From Pirellulales bacterium (lineage in GTDB: Bacteria; Planctomycetota; Planctomycetia; Pirellulales; PALSA-1355): 64,000 bases of DNA. The stretch lies in the NCBI GenBank assembly GCA_963733035.1, contig CAVTBU010000008.1:192001-256000 (forward strand), read 5' to 3'. Positions 61,793 to 64,000 of the stretch are shown one piece after another. The notes below the pieces were generated by a model that was not told the DNA's origin, did no database searches, and saw only the letters and a program-made list of their open reading frames with translations. Made by a program: the position numbers and the translations under genes. Position 1 is the stretch's first letter, and each line of letters starts with the position of its first letter.

Positions 61793-62809
61793 ATGAAGTT
61801 ACGCGTTGGCCTCGTCGGCGTGGGCAATGCCTGGGAACTTAGACACCGGCCCGCTTTGCGCGCGCTGAGCGATCGTTTCGAAGTGCGAGCTGTTTGTGAA
61901 CCAGTCGCCCATCGGGCCGCTATCGCGGCTCGCGACTTCTCCTGCGATGCGGTCGATGGATTTCGAGCGCTGACTCAGCGCGAGGACATCGACGCCGTTA
62001 TGGTGCTTTCTGGGCAGTGGTTCGGCGCCTTACCCATCCTGGCCGCGTGCGATGCTGGCAAAGCCGTATATTGTGCCGCCGCTCTGGATTTCGACCCGGT
62101 TCAGGCTCGGCAAATTAAGGATCGCATTGAGTCCTCTGGGGTGGCCTTTATGGCTGAGTTTCCGCGGCGGCAAGCGCCGGCCACACTGCGGCTCAAGGAG
62201 CTAATTGCCACGCGATTGGGCAGCCCACGGCTACTGTTTTGCCATCAGCGGGTGCCAACCGAATCGCGGCAGGGGCATCGTGCCACCCCCACCGCTCCGG
62301 TTTCGCGGACGCATGATCTCGTCGAACTGGTCGATTGGTGTCGGTACGTTGCCGGTTGCGAACCTACGTCGGCGCTCGGTCTGACGCACGTGAGCCAAAC
62401 CGAGCCGCAGGAAATCGACTACGAGATGATGAGTCTCGATTTCTCAGATAGCAACCCGGGCACCAAAATCACGGCCCAGATCAGTTCCGGGCGCTATATG
62501 CCGGCCTGCTGGCCCGAGGCCGTATCATTTCGGCCGCCAGCCGCGCTGCAGGTCGCATGCGAGGAGGGCATTGCCTTCATCGACCTGCCGTCAACATTGA
62601 TCTGGTTCGACCACGCTGGCCGGCACATGGAAGCCCTGGAAAGCGAGCGATCCGTCGGCGAACAGATGCTCTCGCAGTTTCACCGCAGCGTTACCAGCTT
62701 GGTCCGTAGCACGAGCGGGCTGGAAGATGCGTATCGGGCCATGCTCATCGTGCAACAAGCCCATCGCAGCGCGGCAGAAGGTCGCCGCATCGCATTGCCG
62801 TTTGCTTGA
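61793..62809 (+). CDS. Gfo/Idh/MocA-like oxidoreductase (degenerate EKP motif)
   Basis: VGLVGVG Rossmann start, DIDAV, AGKAVYC. Confidence 0.8.
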   Translation: MKLRVGLVGVGNAWELRHRPALRALSDRFEVRAVCEPVAHRAAIAARDFSCDAVDGFRALTQREDIDAVMVLSGQWFGALPILAACDAGKAVYCAAALDFDPVQARQIKDRIESSGVAFMAEFPRRQAPATLRLKELIATRLGSPRLLFCHQRVPTESRQGHRATPTAPVSRTHDLVELVDWCRYVAGCEPTSALGLTHVSQTEPQEIDYEMMSLDFSDSNPGTKITAQISSGRYMPACWPEAVSFRPPAALQVACEEGIAFIDLPSTLIWFDHAGRHMEALESERSVGEQMLSQFHRSVTSLVRSTSGLEDAYRAMLIVQQAHRSAAEGRRIALPFA

Positions 62810-62879
62810 ACGCGATGGCCAGAATTTGACGCCCACCAAGCCCATGACGGCGTTCATCCGAGCGGGATTGGACCTGGCG

Positions 62880-63983
62880 TCAATCCAACTCTTCGAGCCA
62901 CAGGCGAATTTCGTTTTCGTATTCGCTGGCCAGATCGCCCTTGATGAGTTGGCGATGGAACGCCGCAGCCCCCTCCTTGAGCAAGTCCGCGGCCTCGGCG
63001 CTGGGGAAGCGGCGCATCGGGTCAGGGGCGACGAGCGTGCGGCAAAAATTCATCAACAATTCGTTGCACACGACCTCCTGCGGCAACAACTGCGGCAGAC
63101 GTTGCGCGAGCAGCCGCTTCGCTTCGAGCAGCTCCCTTAGCGTCGTCATACCGGCAAACGGCGGACAACCGGCCAACATTTCGATCAGCACGTAACCCAA
63201 GCTGGCCAGGTCGCTTCGCGGTGAGCAATCGGCCCCTTCCAACACCTCCGGAGCGGCATATGCCGGCGTGCAGGTTCGCTGAATTGGAGCATTGGTCAAC
63301 TCAAATGCTGAACCAATATCAACGATCTTGGCGTTCCCAGTCCGCTTGAGCATGATGTTCGAAGGTTTCACGTCGCCATGTACGATCTCCTCGCGATGTA
63401 GTGCGGCGAGCGCCGCCAGACACTCGCGGACGATCGAGATTGCAATCCCCGGCTTGAGTCGCGGCTGCACGGGGCCAAGCGTCACGATGACATTGTTCAA
63501 ATATTCCCAACGCCGGTTGCTTACCCGCTCGTGCGTGCGGTCAAGCATCTTGCGGGTCAACAACTGGCAGAGGTCGTAGCCGTCGATCCATTCCATCTCC
63601 ATGATGCGAATGCGATTGCGGTCGACGAAGTTCTGCACGTCGAGCAGATTATCCTGTTGAATCTGCGCCACGAGGGCGGCAATCGAAGCAATCCGCTGCA
63701 TCGCTTCATCGTAGCTGCGGGCGTCTTCATAGCGGGCCGGCGAAAAGATTTTCAGCGCCACTGGCAACGTGAAGTTGTCGGTGCCGCGCCGCTCGCTCAG
63801 ATAGACCACGCCCTGTCCACCCGCCCCCAATCGCCGCGTCAGATGCAAGTGTTCGGTCCAGCTCATCCGCTGGCCGCCAACGACCTCGTCGTAGCGTTGC
63901 AATAGTTCGTCCGGACAGCGGGATGCCGGCTGCCCCTCAAAATCAAGGGTAGGCGTCCCCTGGTGATACGTCGTCGTCAACAT
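62880..63983 (-). CDS. Cytoplasmic Ser/Thr protein kinase
   Basis: GAGGQG, VALK, HGDVKPSN, DIG, YAAPE. Confidence 0.9.
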   Translation of the reverse strand: MLTTTYHQGTPTLDFEGQPASRCPDELLQRYDEVVGGQRMSWTEHLHLTRRLGAGGQGVVYLSERRGTDNFTLPVALKIFSPARYEDARSYDEAMQRIASIAALVAQIQQDNLLDVQNFVDRNRIRIMEMEWIDGYDLCQLLTRKMLDRTHERVSNRRWEYLNNVIVTLGPVQPRLKPGIAISIVRECLAALAALHREEIVHGDVKPSNIMLKRTGNAKIVDIGSAFELTNAPIQRTCTPAYAAPEVLEGADCSPRSDLASLGYVLIEMLAGCPPFAGMTTLRELLEAKRLLAQRLPQLLPQEVVCNELLMNFCRTLVAPDPMRRFPSAEAADLLKEGAAAFHRQLIKGDLASEYENEIRLWLEELD

Positions 63984-64000
63984 GGCGTGAAGGCTCGTGA

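Noticed and set aside
1..64000. CRISPR arrays, transposases, integrases, reverse transcriptases, phage or defence genes
   Set aside because: No regularly spaced repeats or characteristic protein motifs were seen in the sequence or ORF track.

Overview
GC-rich bacterial chromosome segment, very likely from a planctomycete (Pirellulales-like). This is inferred from DUF1501 and DUF1549/DUF1553 genes, a BBP7-type barrel, DUF1571 and two CsrA paralogs. It holds about 50 CDSs and one tRNA-Gln(CUG); no CRISPR, prophage or transposase was seen. Core functions are skp-lpxC-lpxA plus a GnnA-like gene, mraZ-rsmH, queA, arfB, sthA, HU, Maf and RluA, together with FHA-domain and Ser/Thr-kinase signalling genes. 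The main unexplained signals are: (1) two csrA genes, each behind a sigma54-type -24/-12 motif, plus many short hairpins with A(N)GGA in the loop in leaders and UTRs, including four in a row before skp-lpxC-lpxA, suggesting a Csr regulon over envelope genes; (2) a multi-branched structured RNA between mraZ and rsmH, in an operon where a membrane-anchored LysM protein sits in place of ftsL/ftsI; (3) a FAAL-ACP-alpha-oxoamine synthase fusion next to a methyltransferase and an extended SDR; (4) tandem LRR paralogs with near-identical 5' ends and diverged bodies. About eight apparent frameshifts lie between 4.7 and 20.3 kb and are probably assembly errors. All calls come from reading motifs by eye; no searches were run.
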